A stretch of 64,000 nt of DNA from Nitrospirota bacterium (lineage in GTDB: Bacteria > Nitrospirota > UBA9217): contig CAVUHW010000018.1 of the NCBI GenBank assembly GCA_963741205.1, forward strand, positions 32,001-96,000, written 5' to 3'. Shown here piece by piece: positions 1 through 11,288 of the stretch. The notes below the pieces were generated by a model. It searched no databases. It had not been told where the DNA came from and was given only the letters and a program-made list of their open reading frames with translations. A program made the position numbers and the translations under genes. Within the stretch, counting starts at the first letter, position 1. Every line of letters begins with the position of its first letter.

Positions 1-878
1 GGCAAGGAGAGGAGGCCATTTGTCATCGGGATCCTCGCTACCGGAAGCACCTTCGGCGTTTCGCTCGCCTATCTCGTAGGCGGCTGGGTGAATCAGCACT
101 ATGGCTGGCGTTCCGCCTTTTACGTGGCCGGGATCCCAGGGATTCTGGTCGCCGTTCTCTTTTTGTTTACCGTAAAGGAACCACGCCGAGGGGCCTATGA
201 CCGGGCAAACTCACGGAAACGCAGCACGTTTAAGGAAACCATCGGTTTTCTCGCCGGATCCAGAGCCTACATCTTCGTGCTCATCGGGTTCAGCCTCATG
301 GGAATCAGCGTCCATGCCCAAAGCGTCTGGAGCGCCGCATTCCTGATCCGGGTTCATCATCTCAATTCCAGCTGGGCGGGAATATTGATCAGCATCGGAC
401 AGCTAATGACCCTGCCGGGATATCTGGCCGGCGGAGCGTTGGCCGAACGATTGGGACGCGCAAAGACGGGCGATGGAAGGTCTGGGTGCCGGCCTGGGCT
501 ATGCCCTGACTGCTCCCACAACCATGATCTTCCTGATGTCCGACTGCCGCGCTGGCCCTGCTTCGCAGGGCTTTGCTTGTCGTCATTTGTCGGCCCGTTC
601 ATTTCGGTCCCGTGTTGGCTGTCTGCATGAACGTTGCGAAGGTGCGCATGCGCGCGGTATCCTCGGCGACGCTGATGTTCTTTGGGAATATCGTTGGCCA
701 GATCGTAGGGCCATTGGGCGTGGGTTATCTCAATGACATCATGATGTCAGCATTCGGCGACCTCGCCATCCGATATTCGATGACCCTAGGGGCATTATGC
801 GCGCTGATTGCCGCTGCTATTACGTTGATGGGTTCGCGATATGTTGTGGGGGATACCAGGCGCGCCGCAGAAGCTTGA
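1..878 (+). CDS. MFS transporter (Spinster-like), 5'-partial, frameshifted near 470-570
   Basis: ORFs 88..630 and 573..878; GWRSAFYVAGIPG..EPRRG motif and successive TM helices. Confidence 0.8.
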
Positions 879-893
879 AGACACCCCGACATC

Positions 894-969
894 AACCGCA
901 GAGGCGCAAAGATCGCAAAGGAAAACAGAGCTCTGCGTTTTTCTCTGCGATCTTTGCGCCTCTGCGGTT
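894..969. repeat. Intergenic palindrome (REP-like hairpin)
   Basis: aaccgcagaggcgcaaagatcgca (894-917) is the exact reverse complement of tgcgatctttgcgcctctgcggtt (946-969). Confidence 0.8.
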
Positions 970-981
970 TGCTTTTGTTTC

Positions 982-1756
982 ATGGTCCTGATTGCGATCC
1001 TCCTGATGCCGGCATCCTTATGGTCTTGGGGACCCCTCGGCCATCGCGTAGCCTCCAGGATCGCCGAGGTGCATCTAAGTCCTGCGGCCCGGTCAGCCGT
1101 TCGTGATCTGCTCGGCCCGGGCGTCACGCTGGCCGACGTAGCCAACTGGGCGGACGAACAAGCGGACTTCCGTGAGAGCCTCCCGTGGCATTATGTCAAC
1201 GTCCCGATTGCCGAATCCCCCTACAACCCCAAATTCTGCCAGCCCGCCGGCTGCGTGGTCGGTAAGATCGAAGACTTCATGAACGTGTTGCGGGACCCAA
1301 AGCAGCGCAGGCCCGAAAAGCAGCAAGCCCTCAAATTCCTGATTCACTTCATAGAGGATCTCCACCAACCTCTACATGTGGGGGACACGGGCAGCCGCGG
1401 CGGGAACCTGATTCCAGTGCGTTTCCTGGGGGAGGAATCGAACCTCCACAAAGTGTGGGATTCCCAAATCATGGAGCACCATAGCAGGAACGAACAAGTA
1501 TGGCTGTGGGAACTCACCGGCCTGGCAACCCCCAGAATGGTCGCGCAGTGGTCTAAGGGAACGCCGGAGGACTGGGCAACCGAGAGCCTGGCCGATGCGA
1601 AGCTGGCCTACCGCTCGCCTGCGGGCAAGGCTTTACTGAAACCCGGCGCACGACTGGGCAAGGATTACTGCAATTTCGCTTTGCCTGTCATTCAGGAACA
1701 GCTCGCAAAGAGCCGGGGTGAGAGTTGCCGCTGAGCTCAACGCGGTTTTCAAGTGA
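982..1756 (+). CDS. S1/P1 nuclease, secreted; terminal frameshift
   Basis: Signal peptide then WGPLGH, WAD, WHYVN, HFIEDLHQPLH and NLHKVWD motifs; likely start ATG 982. Confidence 0.9.
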
Positions 1757-2087
1757 CCCAAATCATTTGACATGGGCCGCCGGCCTTTGGTATTCCAGAT
1801 CCCAAATGCAGAAGCCAGCATCGACCGCGCCTAACGGCGGGGGCGCTAATGGAAGAAACTTTGCGCGAGCCAGAAGCTCGGAGCAGTCCCTCATGCTACT
1901 CGTTGGGCATCAGGTGACGCGGCGGGCTGAAGCCCGCCACCACATGATTTATTTGTTTTGTTTTACATGTGGGTCCGGGCTTTCAGCCCGGACCGGAATC
2001 GACTCTATTCAGGAGTTTCTGGAGAGAAGCCGGGAGCCGGTAGTCAGAATGCCTTCCCGGCTTCTTTCTTTTTGAGGAGAGGTATCC

Positions 2088-3209
2088 ATGATTCGCCTGA
2101 ACCTGCGGGCTAAGTCTTCCCTATTCTTGTTGCCGGGGGCCATCGCCGGTCTGTTGGTGTGGGCCGCTCTCGCCGAACAGCCCCTGCGCGTGAATGATGC
2201 CGCGTTGAAGAAGGCGGGAAAACGAGGCGATGTCTGGCTGACTTACGGTCTGGATTGGGCGGAGACGCGCTACAGCCCGCTCGAAGCAGATCAATGCGAA
2301 CAACGTCAGCCGGCTGGGACTGGCCTGGTCCTATGAGGTCGGGCCGGGGGGAGGCGGGCAGGAAGCCACACCACTTGTATGGAACGGCATGCTGTTTTCG
2401 ATTACCAATTGGAGCATTACCTTTGCGGTCGACGCCAGGACCGGCAAAGAGATCTGGCGCTGGGATCCGCAGGTCAACCAGACGGCTACCCGGCCGAAGG
2501 TTTGCTGCGGCGTGGTCAATCGCGGCATCGCCCTGTACGAAGGCAAAATCATCGTTCCGGTGATCGACGGACGGCTGGTCGCTCTTGACGCTCTTAACGG
2601 GAAGATCGTGTGGCAGGCGCAGGTGTCCTCGGTTGATGAGCATTACACGCTTACCATGGCACCCCGAATCGCCAAGGGCAAGGTGATCATCGGGGTGGCC
2701 GGCGGAGAATACCCCAACCGCGGATACTTCGACGCCTATGACGCCCAGACCGGCAAGAGAGCCTGGCGATTCTATACTGTCCCAGGGGATCCGTCGAAGC
2801 CGTACGAAAATGAGTGGTTGAAGAAGGCAGCGGAGACCTGGTCGGGCGATTTTTGGAAGGTAGGCGGCGGCGGTTCCGTCTGGGATGGAATGGCCTATGA
2901 CCCCGAGGCGGATCTGTTCTACGTCGGCACGGGCAACGGCGGACCATGGCCGGAAGAACTTCGTCACTCCAAGGGCAAGGACAACCTTTTTATATGCTCG
3001 ATTCTCGCGGTGAGGCCGGAAACCGGCGAGTTGAAGTGGTATTTCCAGGTGGTGCCGGGCGACTCATGGGATTACGACAGCGTCCAGCAACTGACGCTCG
3101 CGGATCTCGTGATCAACGGCAAGAAACGTAAAGTGATCATGCAGGCCAATAAAGATGGATTCTTTTATGTGCTCGACCGGATTACCGGAGAATTCATTTC
3201 CGCTGAACA
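2088..3209 (+). CDS. PQQ-dependent alcohol dehydrogenase family protein, frameshift ~2285, 3'-truncated at ~3209
   Basis: WLTYG..ETRYSPL, CCGVVNRG vicinal cysteines, GGGSVWD, GTGNG, WDYD, QANKDGFFYVLDR; similarity stops abruptly after TGEFISAE. Confidence 0.9.
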
Positions 3210-3602
3210 GAATGGTATGGGGGCTCGGAGCGCCCGCGGCATGTCCGTGGAAGACTACGCCCGCGCGGGACCCGGATTGTCGTGGCCGGAAACGATCCAG
3301 TCGCAGCCGCGCCGACCCCGTTTGCATCCCCAATGGTAAAGAAGTTGTTTATGAGCGTACCGTCGAATGCGGTGTGGGGGTTGTTCTTGTACAAAATCCG
3401 TCTCCACGTATTCGCCGTGTGTCGGCACGCAACCAAGGAGCCGGTGGCGAGACGCATGAATTCCGGGACCGGGTTCGTCGGAAGCAGGATTTTCGGGCGT
3501 GATCGGCGAAGCTGTCGGCGGGTCGAATATCTTTACGAATTCGTTTTCATTCCCGGCCACCGTCCTTCGGGGGATTGTAAATGCTGGAGTAGTGACTGAC
3601 AT
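3210..3602 (-). CDS. Multicopper oxidase chain B, copy 1, 5' fragment only
   Basis: MSVTTPAFTIPRRTVAGNENEFVKIFDPPTASP is nearly identical to the start of the gene at 8701; breaks off at PSPHTI. Confidence 0.8.
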
Positions 3603-3708
3603 GTTATATCTCCTTTCGCTTATCAAAGAAAGTTTGTAGTTTATGGTTTAGATTTTATGGTTTGTAGTTAACTACAAACTCGAAACTACAAACTCGTAAC
3701 AAATTATT

Positions 3709-5191
3709 CTATACCTCAGGTCCTGCAGCCACTCCCGTTCCGGTCTCGGCGGTCCCGGGCTTTGCAAGCGGCCCATTAATAGCCGGTGCGTTCGGGAAGG
3801 TTACGGGGACGCCGGGATGTACCGTCTGCGCCACCGAGGGCGTTCTGGTCGCCGGTGAAATTTATGCCCGAGAGCAAACCGTTATTGTAATTGCCACCCT
3901 GGGCAGTCTGTGTCGGCTCGGAATGGTCGTGCATGGGATAGCACATCGGCGAGAGCTGCACCGCTATAGGGGTTACTCCGGCGTTAATCCCCAGGGCCGG
4001 AAGAAATACAGCATGCTCTTCCGTCGGCGGCCAGACCGGCTTGTCCGGCCGGGATTGGTCGCCGGAGTATCCGCAAACTGCCGCCGAGAGCGGGTATGGC
4101 GACATGATTGGGGCCGATCCCGCAAATGTTCGGGATATCAGGCGGCCTCATGTAGGGCACCGTATAATTCCACACATCCAGCGGATGCAGGGTCATGGTG
4201 TCCACCCAGAGCGGATTGGACTGACCACGCCGTTGATGCTCGTTACCCACACGTGATTGGCATGGATGTGCATGGAATGGAGTTGCAGGCCCGCGTGCAG
4301 ACAGCGGATCAGCGTCGGCTCTCCAACCCGGTGGGTCGGGCAGATGAAGGGATTATTGTGGGAAAAGTGCCCGGACTGACCCGTGATCGTGAAATACTGG
4401 GGCCGATAGTTCCCGGAGGCGTCGAACGGCGCTACGAGGGGGTCTTCAGTAAACTTTTTTACGAAGTCTACCGGGTCGGCAAGGACTCCGGGGGGAAGGT
4501 TACCCACCTCGGCATTCAGTTTCGGGCTGCAATCATGACAGAGCCAGATGTGCTGCCGGAACGGCGGTGTATTGGTGGCCGGATTGCCGTCCTCCCACCT
4601 GAGACCCGGATAGTGGGTGGTGGAGCCGAAGTCGTCGTACATTTTCTGTACGTTCGCCGTCGGTCTGCTGTACGGAGTAAAATTATGCCCCAGACGCGGA
4701 GCTAATGGCATGACGATAAAGGCGCCGTGCAGCCCCATGACCCGGTTGACGGGTTCATTGAGGTTATCGTAGTAGAGATAGGTGCCGCCCCTCGGGGCTA
4801 AGAACCGGACGGTCTTGGTTGTACCCGGAGCGATCGCACCGGTGTCGACCACGCCTTTAATGAAGAAGCTGTGCGGCTCGTCCAGGTCGTTCGTTAAGAC
4901 GACCTTGATCAAGTCCCCCTCGGTGCAAAAGATGCTGGGAGCGGGACATTCGGCCGGGAAACGGTCCTCTTTGAATATCCAGAAATAGTTCAGGGCGGGG
5001 ATATTCGACGCAAGGGTATTGAAAGTGACCATCTGCTTCATCGCGTCGGTAATGTGAAAATTGAGGGTCTGGACCTTGACCGCGGCGTAGGCCTCGTCTT
5101 TGAGCATCCACGACAATCCGTTGCCGAGCACGAGGGCTCCGATGCCTGTTCCCGTATATTTCAAGAAATCACGTCTTTTCATGTCTTTCAT
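3709..5191 (-). CDS. Tat-exported two-domain multicopper oxidase-like protein (chain A), frameshifted
   Basis: KRRDFLK Tat signal; two cupredoxin domains; HSMHIHANH and YPMHDH only in domain 2; ORFs 4193..5191 and 3776..4105. Confidence 0.85.
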
Positions 5192-5200
5192 TTCTTCCTC

Positions 5201-6595
5201 CTATCCTATTTCTGTCCTATTGGACCAAGGCAACCACATTGCCGTGTACTTAATTCCCGCCTGGGCGGGACTTGTTCCAAATTCATCAAAAGCTGCACGC
5301 TCCGCCGGCAGCGTTAAATGCGGCGCAATCGGCAAAGGTTTGCGGAGTACCAGTGCCAACAGCCACCTGGATCGGTTGTCCCACGGGCTCATAATTAACT
5401 GACGCGTTGTTTACATTCACGGTGCCGTTAATCGGGCAGGCGCCGGTCGCTGTTTTGAAGATCCGGGGCGCGGTATCCACGGTTGAAATCGTATATTTAC
5501 CCTGCCGCGCATCCGTCAATCGCGGGCGTCCATAGCATGTCAACGTCGCCGCTTATCTTGTTGTTCGTCGTTCCAGCCGCGTCGTTTAAGGACAGTGTCT
5601 CATCCTTCAGGTTCAAAGCAAGGTCCAGTTTGAACGTCGTGTTGCCGCCTGTAGCGGAGGTCACCGAGAAACTTCCCTGAGTAGTGGTCACAGCAGTGTC
5701 TGACCCATCGGCATTGTGGGTAAAAGTGCTCGTTTCGACCAATCCATTGTAGTTAAAGGTCTCCACCTTTTCAGCCACGGCGCCCTGCGCAGGTGTCGTA
5801 ACTACAAATGTGCCAGTCGAGCTCTTCGCCCCCCTGACGACTTGATTGTCGCTGATGAATTCACCATCCATGACGGCTATCTTGGTCATAACAGCAAGGT
5901 CGACGGCGGAGAACGTCTTTTCCGTCAGCGCTTTCGCAACCAGAGTCGAAGTGACTCCGTTATTGTCCGTGCTCCTCACGCTTTCGATGTGCAGGTTGCC
6001 GTCCAGTTGCGTAAACAAGATATCGTCCTGGCAGTTCTTGAAGTTAATATCATAGGAAGATGTTACAGCCGGGTTGGTAGCCTCATCATAATTATTCGTC
6101 CCGTTTATCGTGACGACAGCGTCGGCGTTGGAGCAGGCATGCGCTGGGCAAGGTAGTGCTGACTGAAGTCGCCCGCATTGCCTTTAATGCCCCAACTTTT
6201 TTCACGACACTTTGGATGGCCGCGGAGCGAGACAGCTTCGTCATTTCCGCCATCATCGTCGCGAGGATCGGGTCTACTTTCCCGATATCGCTGCTCTTGG
6301 ACACGGGTGGCGCAAATCCAGCCGGCTGGGAGTTCAGGCCGAGGGCCACAGCCACTTGAAACTGCGTATCAGCCGCGGCTTGCGTGCCTGCCAACGCCGC
6401 AAATCCCGCTGCTGCCTGCTGGGGCGTATTGAATACCGCAGGCGGGTGTAGCTGAACTGGGGAGTGGGCCAACGGGAACCGTCGGTTCGGGAGTGGTGGT
6501 AGGCGGTGGAGGTGCACTGCTACTGCTCTTATGACAAGCAACACCAACAACCAATATCAAACAAAAATGGCGAATACTGCCAACAACTTCTTCAT
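5201..6595 (-). CDS. Lipoprotein of unknown function, multiple frameshifts
   Basis: ATG 6595 with GGAGG RBS; signal ending VGVA-C then Ser/Pro/Thr linker; fragments 6092..6550, 5497..6018, 5286..5543, 5201..5392. Confidence 0.65.
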
Positions 6596-6830
6596 AAAGA
6601 CCTCCTTTAAACTCAACATTTCAAAAACCTTATCTTCATGTCACATTCTAGCAGACTTTTTTCGTACATGAGTCTTAAAAACCAGTTAAGGCTGACTCAG
6701 CTGCCGTTTTTTTATGTTATTTCCACCTCCCAACGTTTACCGAATTAATAAACAAAGAGTTTTATTAAGGCAATCCATCGTTCAATATATTGGGCATCAG
6801 ATAATAGACAAGTGAAATGATTTAAAATAA

Positions 6831-6846
6831 AGCAAAGTATGTGCCA
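6831..6846 (-). promoter_or_regulatory. sigma54 -24/-12 promoter for the lipoprotein-MCO operon
   Basis: Minus strand TGGCACATACTTTGCT. Confidence 0.8.
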
Positions 6847-6920
6847 GCACTAACAGAATTTAACATTATTTATAAAACAAATGGTTATATAAATTAGCGT
6901 CCCACATTAAGCCCAAACGA

Positions 6921-6965
6921 GTTCATTATAGACCGGCTAAATTGAGCTGTACTGCCATTATGAAC
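6921..6965. promoter_or_regulatory. Putative enhancer (tandem GTTCA-N3-TGAAC-like palindromes)
   Basis: gttcattatagac-c-ggctaaattgagc and tgccattatgaac; the motif recurs at four other sigma54 promoters. Confidence 0.6.
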
Positions 6966-7155
6966 CTCATAATTAATGAAATCATAAGTTGCCATTTTTT
7001 TCATTTTTCTTCATGTTCTTAATTATTTTATCAATATGGCATCAGAAATCTATAGGCAAAAATACCTATTTTTGACAGGCAAGATAGGCAATGAGATTGT
7101 GCCTTTATTGAGGACCTGAGCAATTACATTGCTGAATGGTAACAGGAAATGACTA

Positions 7156-7183
7156 TGCAGGCGGGTTTAAATGCCGCCTGCAT
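7156..7183 (-). terminator. Probable terminator hairpin
   Basis: atgcaggcgg...ccgcctgcat downstream of MCO chain B copy 2; no clear U-tract. Confidence 0.45.
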
Positions 7184-7298
7184 CGCGAATCATTGGCTCT
7201 GCCATAGGGTGATGAATGACATGATTTCGCTCTAGCTCTATGAGTGAGAGGACGATATTATCCTGTTTTTTTCACTCCTCCGAGGCCATAATCAAAGA

Positions 7299-8701
7299 TC
7301 ACGCGATCTTGAACGGAATCACGCCGTTCAGCAGGTGCCTGCCGCCCGAGTTGTGCGTGAAATGGATCCTCGCTACGTCGTTCACGGCCGGTGCGTCGTC
7401 TCCACCCGGATCAGCGCGTCAAAGCGCCGCGCCGTGGAAAGCTCATACGGGGTGCCTTTCGGCAGCAGGAACGGATGGTTGTACTGGTTGAAAGGCGGCA
7501 CGCCCAGGGCCCTGCCGTCGAAGGCGATGATCACGACGTCCACCGGGAAGGTGATCGTGATCGGCACGTATGCCGCGCAGAGGGCGCGGACCAGGATGGT
7601 CTGGCCCCGTACCGCATTGATCGCGGTCTGCATTCCCGTCACGCCGCTGTTCAGTTCCTTGGGAATGACGGGTATGGCAGGGTCAAGAACCGCATCCGCC
7701 GTGCTTCCCCCTTTGCCCAGGAAATTCACACCGGTGCAGACGAAGTAATCGGGGTTGTAGTTGTTGAAGGCAAAAAAGCCTCCCCCGCCCGGGTTCTGGT
7801 GGAAAATATCATTGGTGCCGGGTATGCTTCCCATATGCGGGAAGGTGGTATGGTCGCCCGGCGCGAACTGGTTGTGCCACGCGGAGTCGATGTCGTCGAG
7901 CACCCAGAGGGCCTCCACGTCGTAGGGGACGGTAAAGGCGTGCGGGTCCGTGGGGAAGACTCCGGCCGGATCCGGGGAATGCAGGGGAGTCGAGTTGAAC
8001 CCCGGGAACTGCGGGAAATTGGTCAGGTTGGCCGCTGTCCTGCGCGGATATCCGCCGGCGTTCGGTTGGAATACAGGTTGCCCGGGGCCGCTGTTCGTGT
8101 TGGGGTTATTAACCGTATACGCATCGGGCGGCTCGATGATCAGAAAGCCGTACAGACCGAACTCGAAGTGCTGCACCGTGTTCCTATGGCAGTGGTAGAA
8201 ATAGCTGCCGATGAAATTCGGCTGCCACTGGTAAGTGTAGCTTCCGAACTCCATGGAGCAGTGCCCCACGCCGTCGTTTAAGGGCGTGGGCTCGATGCCG
8301 TGCCAGTGAATGGTATGGGGGCTCGGAGCGCCCGCGGCATGTCCGTGGAAGACCACCCCGCGCGGAACCCGGATGGTCGTGCGCCGGATAAGGTCCGACC
8401 GCGGCCGCGCCGACCCCATTCGCCATCCTCAATAGTAAAGAAGTTGCTTATGATCGTGCCGTCGAATGCAATGTGGGGGTTGTTATCGTACAAAGTCCTT
8501 TCCACGGTATGCGCAGTTGTCGCCACGATCAACAGGGAGCCGTTCGCGCAGAGCCATGAATTCCGGGACCGGGTTTGTCGGATTCAAGAGCTCGGGCGTG
8601 GCCGGCGAGGCTGTCGGCGGATCGAATATCTTGACGAATTCGTTTTCATTACCGGCTACCGTTCTTCGGGTGATGAGAAAAGCAGGGTTACTGACTGACA
8701 T
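7299..8701 (-). CDS. Two-domain multicopper oxidase-like protein (chain B, copy 2), no signal peptide, frameshifted
   Basis: HTIHWHG and YHCHRNTVQHFEFGL in domain 1; domain 2 lacks Cu motifs; ORFs 8483..8701, 8278..8532, 7382..8419. Confidence 0.85.
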
Positions 8702-8734
8702 GCTTGTTATCCTTTCTTGTTGCCGGAATATTCA

Positions 8735-9425
8735 TTAACGTGGTCTTGATTGTGTCATGTATGAGGGAGCGACCTCGATATACCCTTTGCTGACGGCATA
8801 TTTTACGAGATCGGCTATATTTCTCATTTTCAATTTTTTTGTGATAGAGGCGCGATGAGAGCTTACCGTGCGAACGCTGATGAAAAGAAGCCCGGCAATC
8901 TCCATGGATGATTTTCCTTCGGCAATGAGCTTTAACACTTCCCGCTCACGGGTCGTCAGGCATTCATGCGAAATAACGAGTTTGACAATCCTCCAGTACG
9001 GTCTTTCCCCAGCATTCGGCCAACTCCTGTGAAAGGGAGGGAGAAACGTACAATCCCCCTCGCCGGATCCTTTCTATGGCCTTGAAGAGTTCCGTATCGG
9101 CATCTTCTTTCAAAAGGTAACCATCGGCTCCTGAGGAAAGCGCCTGGTGGAGATAATTCCGGTCCCTGTGCATGGTCAGGATCAGCACCTTCACGCCGGG
9201 ATGCCGGGACTTGATCTCGCTGACAGCCTCGATCCCCCGCATTTTCGGCATCGAGATATCGACGACGGCCATGTCGGTGACGATCTTGTTCAGGAGACCG
9301 ATGAGCTCCAAACCGTCTCCTGCCTCGCCTACGACTTCCATCTCCCTCGATTCCTCGACGATCCGCCTCAAGCCCTGTCGAAGCAGGACGTGATCGTCAG
9401 CCAATGTGATGCGATAGGGGTTCAT
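8735..9425 (-). CDS. NarL/LuxR-family response regulator, frameshift ~8965
   Basis: REC domain (ADDH, DISMP, YLLKE) plus LuxR HTH (LKLIAEGKSS..IAGLLFISVRTV..HRA). Confidence 0.9.
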
Positions 9426-9426
9426 T

Positions 9427-9651
9427 TCAAATGCTTTCCCGTTTTACTGCGCTCCGGTAGATCTCGCACTCTTCAAAGTTCTTGCCGCAATAATAGATCG
9501 CCAGATCGATGTTCTGGCTGTTAATGCTGGCGACGAAACAATCAGCGAAAGGGTCCCCGACGAAGGGGCAATGCCCTCCTGCTACGGATGAGATCCGGTC
9601 CTTTATTCCCTGCTTATGAGGTCGGTTTTCCTGCAGCATAGAGAACGTCAA
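9427..9651 (-). CDS. Small four-cysteine protein
   Basis: 74 aa ORF filling the gap between two co-oriented regulators; CPF..DCF..YYC..FEEC. Confidence 0.55.
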   Translation of the reverse strand: MTFSMLQENRPHKQGIKDRISSVAGGHCPFVGDPFADCFVASINSQNIDLAIYYCGKNFEECEIYRSAVKRESI

Positions 9652-9673
9652 AACCCTTTCGTTACAATAATCA

Positions 9674-11041
9674 TTATTGCTCTGCTCGTCCCGACTCCCT
9701 GAGTTTCCTCTTAAGAGTGGACAGGGAGATTCCCAGGACCTTGGCGGACTTAGTCAGATTCCCGGAGAGCGATGTAAGGGCGCACTGGATGGTCTCCTGC
9801 TCCACCTCCGCGAGGGTCTTAAAACTATTGCCGGACGATGAAGCGGCCTTCGGCATGCACATATTCACGGCTCCGGGTCTCCCGAGAAGAAGCGAAGGCG
9901 TAAGGACCGAGTCCTTTTGCAGGAACAGCGCACGCTCAAGGATGTTCCGCAGTTCGCGCACGTTGCCAGGCCAGTCGTATAGCTGGAGCTTCGCAAGCTC
10001 CGTTTCGGGCAATTCGACGCTCCGTCCCCGCGTGATCTTCGAGAGCAGGTAGGAGCAGAGCTGGGGGATGTCCTCCCGGTGCTCCCGTAGCGGCGGGATA
10101 TGGATGCGGACCACGCTCAAGCGGTAGTACAGGTCCTTGCGGAAGGTCTTTCCGAGCGCGCTTTCCAGTTCCGCGTTCGTCGCGGCGATTACGCGCACGT
10201 TTACGGGCGTGACGGCCGTGCTGCCGATGCGGCGCATGGTCCCTGTCCTCGAGGACCCCCAGGAGCTTGGACTGGAGGTGAATGGGCATGTCGCCGATCT
10301 CATCCAGGAAGACCGTGCCGCCTTCGGCCACTTCAAAGAGGCCTTTTTTCGCGCCCGCAGCGCCGGTAAAGGCGCCTTTTTCGTGGCCGAAAAGCTCGGC
10401 CTCGATCAGGTTTTCCGGCAGTGCGGCGCAGTTGATGCTGACGAAGGCGGAGCCCCCGAAGGGGCTCTTGTAGTGGATCGCCTTTGCCACGAGGTTTTTA
10501 CCGGTGCCGGTCTCGCCGGTAATCAGGACCGGCCCGTCCATTTCCGAGGCCATGTCTACGAGCGTGAGGACCTCGGCGAAGGCGCCGCTTGCCCCCGACG
10601 ATGACCGCCGTCTCGCGGTCCTTTTCGCGGGCAGTAGTTCTGGATCTGCTCCACCCGCTCCAGGTCAAGGGTCCTGAGGGTGTTGTCGACCGTGAGTTTG
10701 AGCTCTTCGATATCGAAGGGCTTCGACAGGTAGTCATGCGCCCCCAGGCGCACCGCTGTCACGGCGTTTTCAAAACTGGGATAGGCGGTAACGAAAATAA
10801 TCTTGGACTGGTCGTTCCTTTCGAGGATGGCCGGGGCAAGGGCGTGCCCTTCCCCGTCGGGAAGCTTCTGGTCCAGAAGGACGATATCTATCTTTCTTTC
10901 GGCGCAGACCGCAAGCCCATCGGCGCTCGTATGCGCGGCCAGGACCTCAAGCCGGTCGTTTTCGAGGTAATCCCGCACGTTATCGCACAATACCTTTTCG
11001 TCGTCGATGATGAGGAGCGTCTTTCTGCTGACTGGCGGCAT
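9674..11041 (-). CDS. NtrC-family sigma54-dependent response regulator, frameshifted
   Basis: REC; [30 protein letters not shown]; Fis HTH. Confidence 0.92.
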
Positions 11042-11064
11042 GGTGTCCCTCCGGAAAGACACTT

Positions 11065-11080
11065 ATCAATTTGTGTGCCA
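11065..11080 (-). promoter_or_regulatory. sigma54-type promoter with variant -12 element
   Basis: Minus strand TGGCACACAAATTGAT. Confidence 0.6.
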
Positions 11081-11176
11081 GCGGGATTCAAATGGAGGGA
11101 CCGGTGCTTCTTCAATGAAATGATGAATTTACGTGGTGCGAGGGAATGCGATCACGTCGAGGAGAGATGTGGTGGG

Positions 11177-11206
11177 CCACACTTATGTGGCGCCTCAGTT
11201 GTGGGG
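11177..11206. promoter_or_regulatory. Putative enhancer (tandem CCACA-N4-TGTGG)
   Basis: ccacacttatgtgg-cg-cctcagttgtgggg; near-identical copy at 19715. Confidence 0.65.
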
Positions 11207-11288
11207 AGCCACGATAAAAGCACTGTCAGTTTACAAATCACGAACAAGTTCCAATATCCAAGAATCAAATGCTAGCTGCTTATGCATC

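Noticed and set aside
7299-8701. Copper nitrite reductase NirK
   Set aside because: It has HxHG and HCH trinuclear-type ligands rather than the NirK pattern, and no signal peptide.
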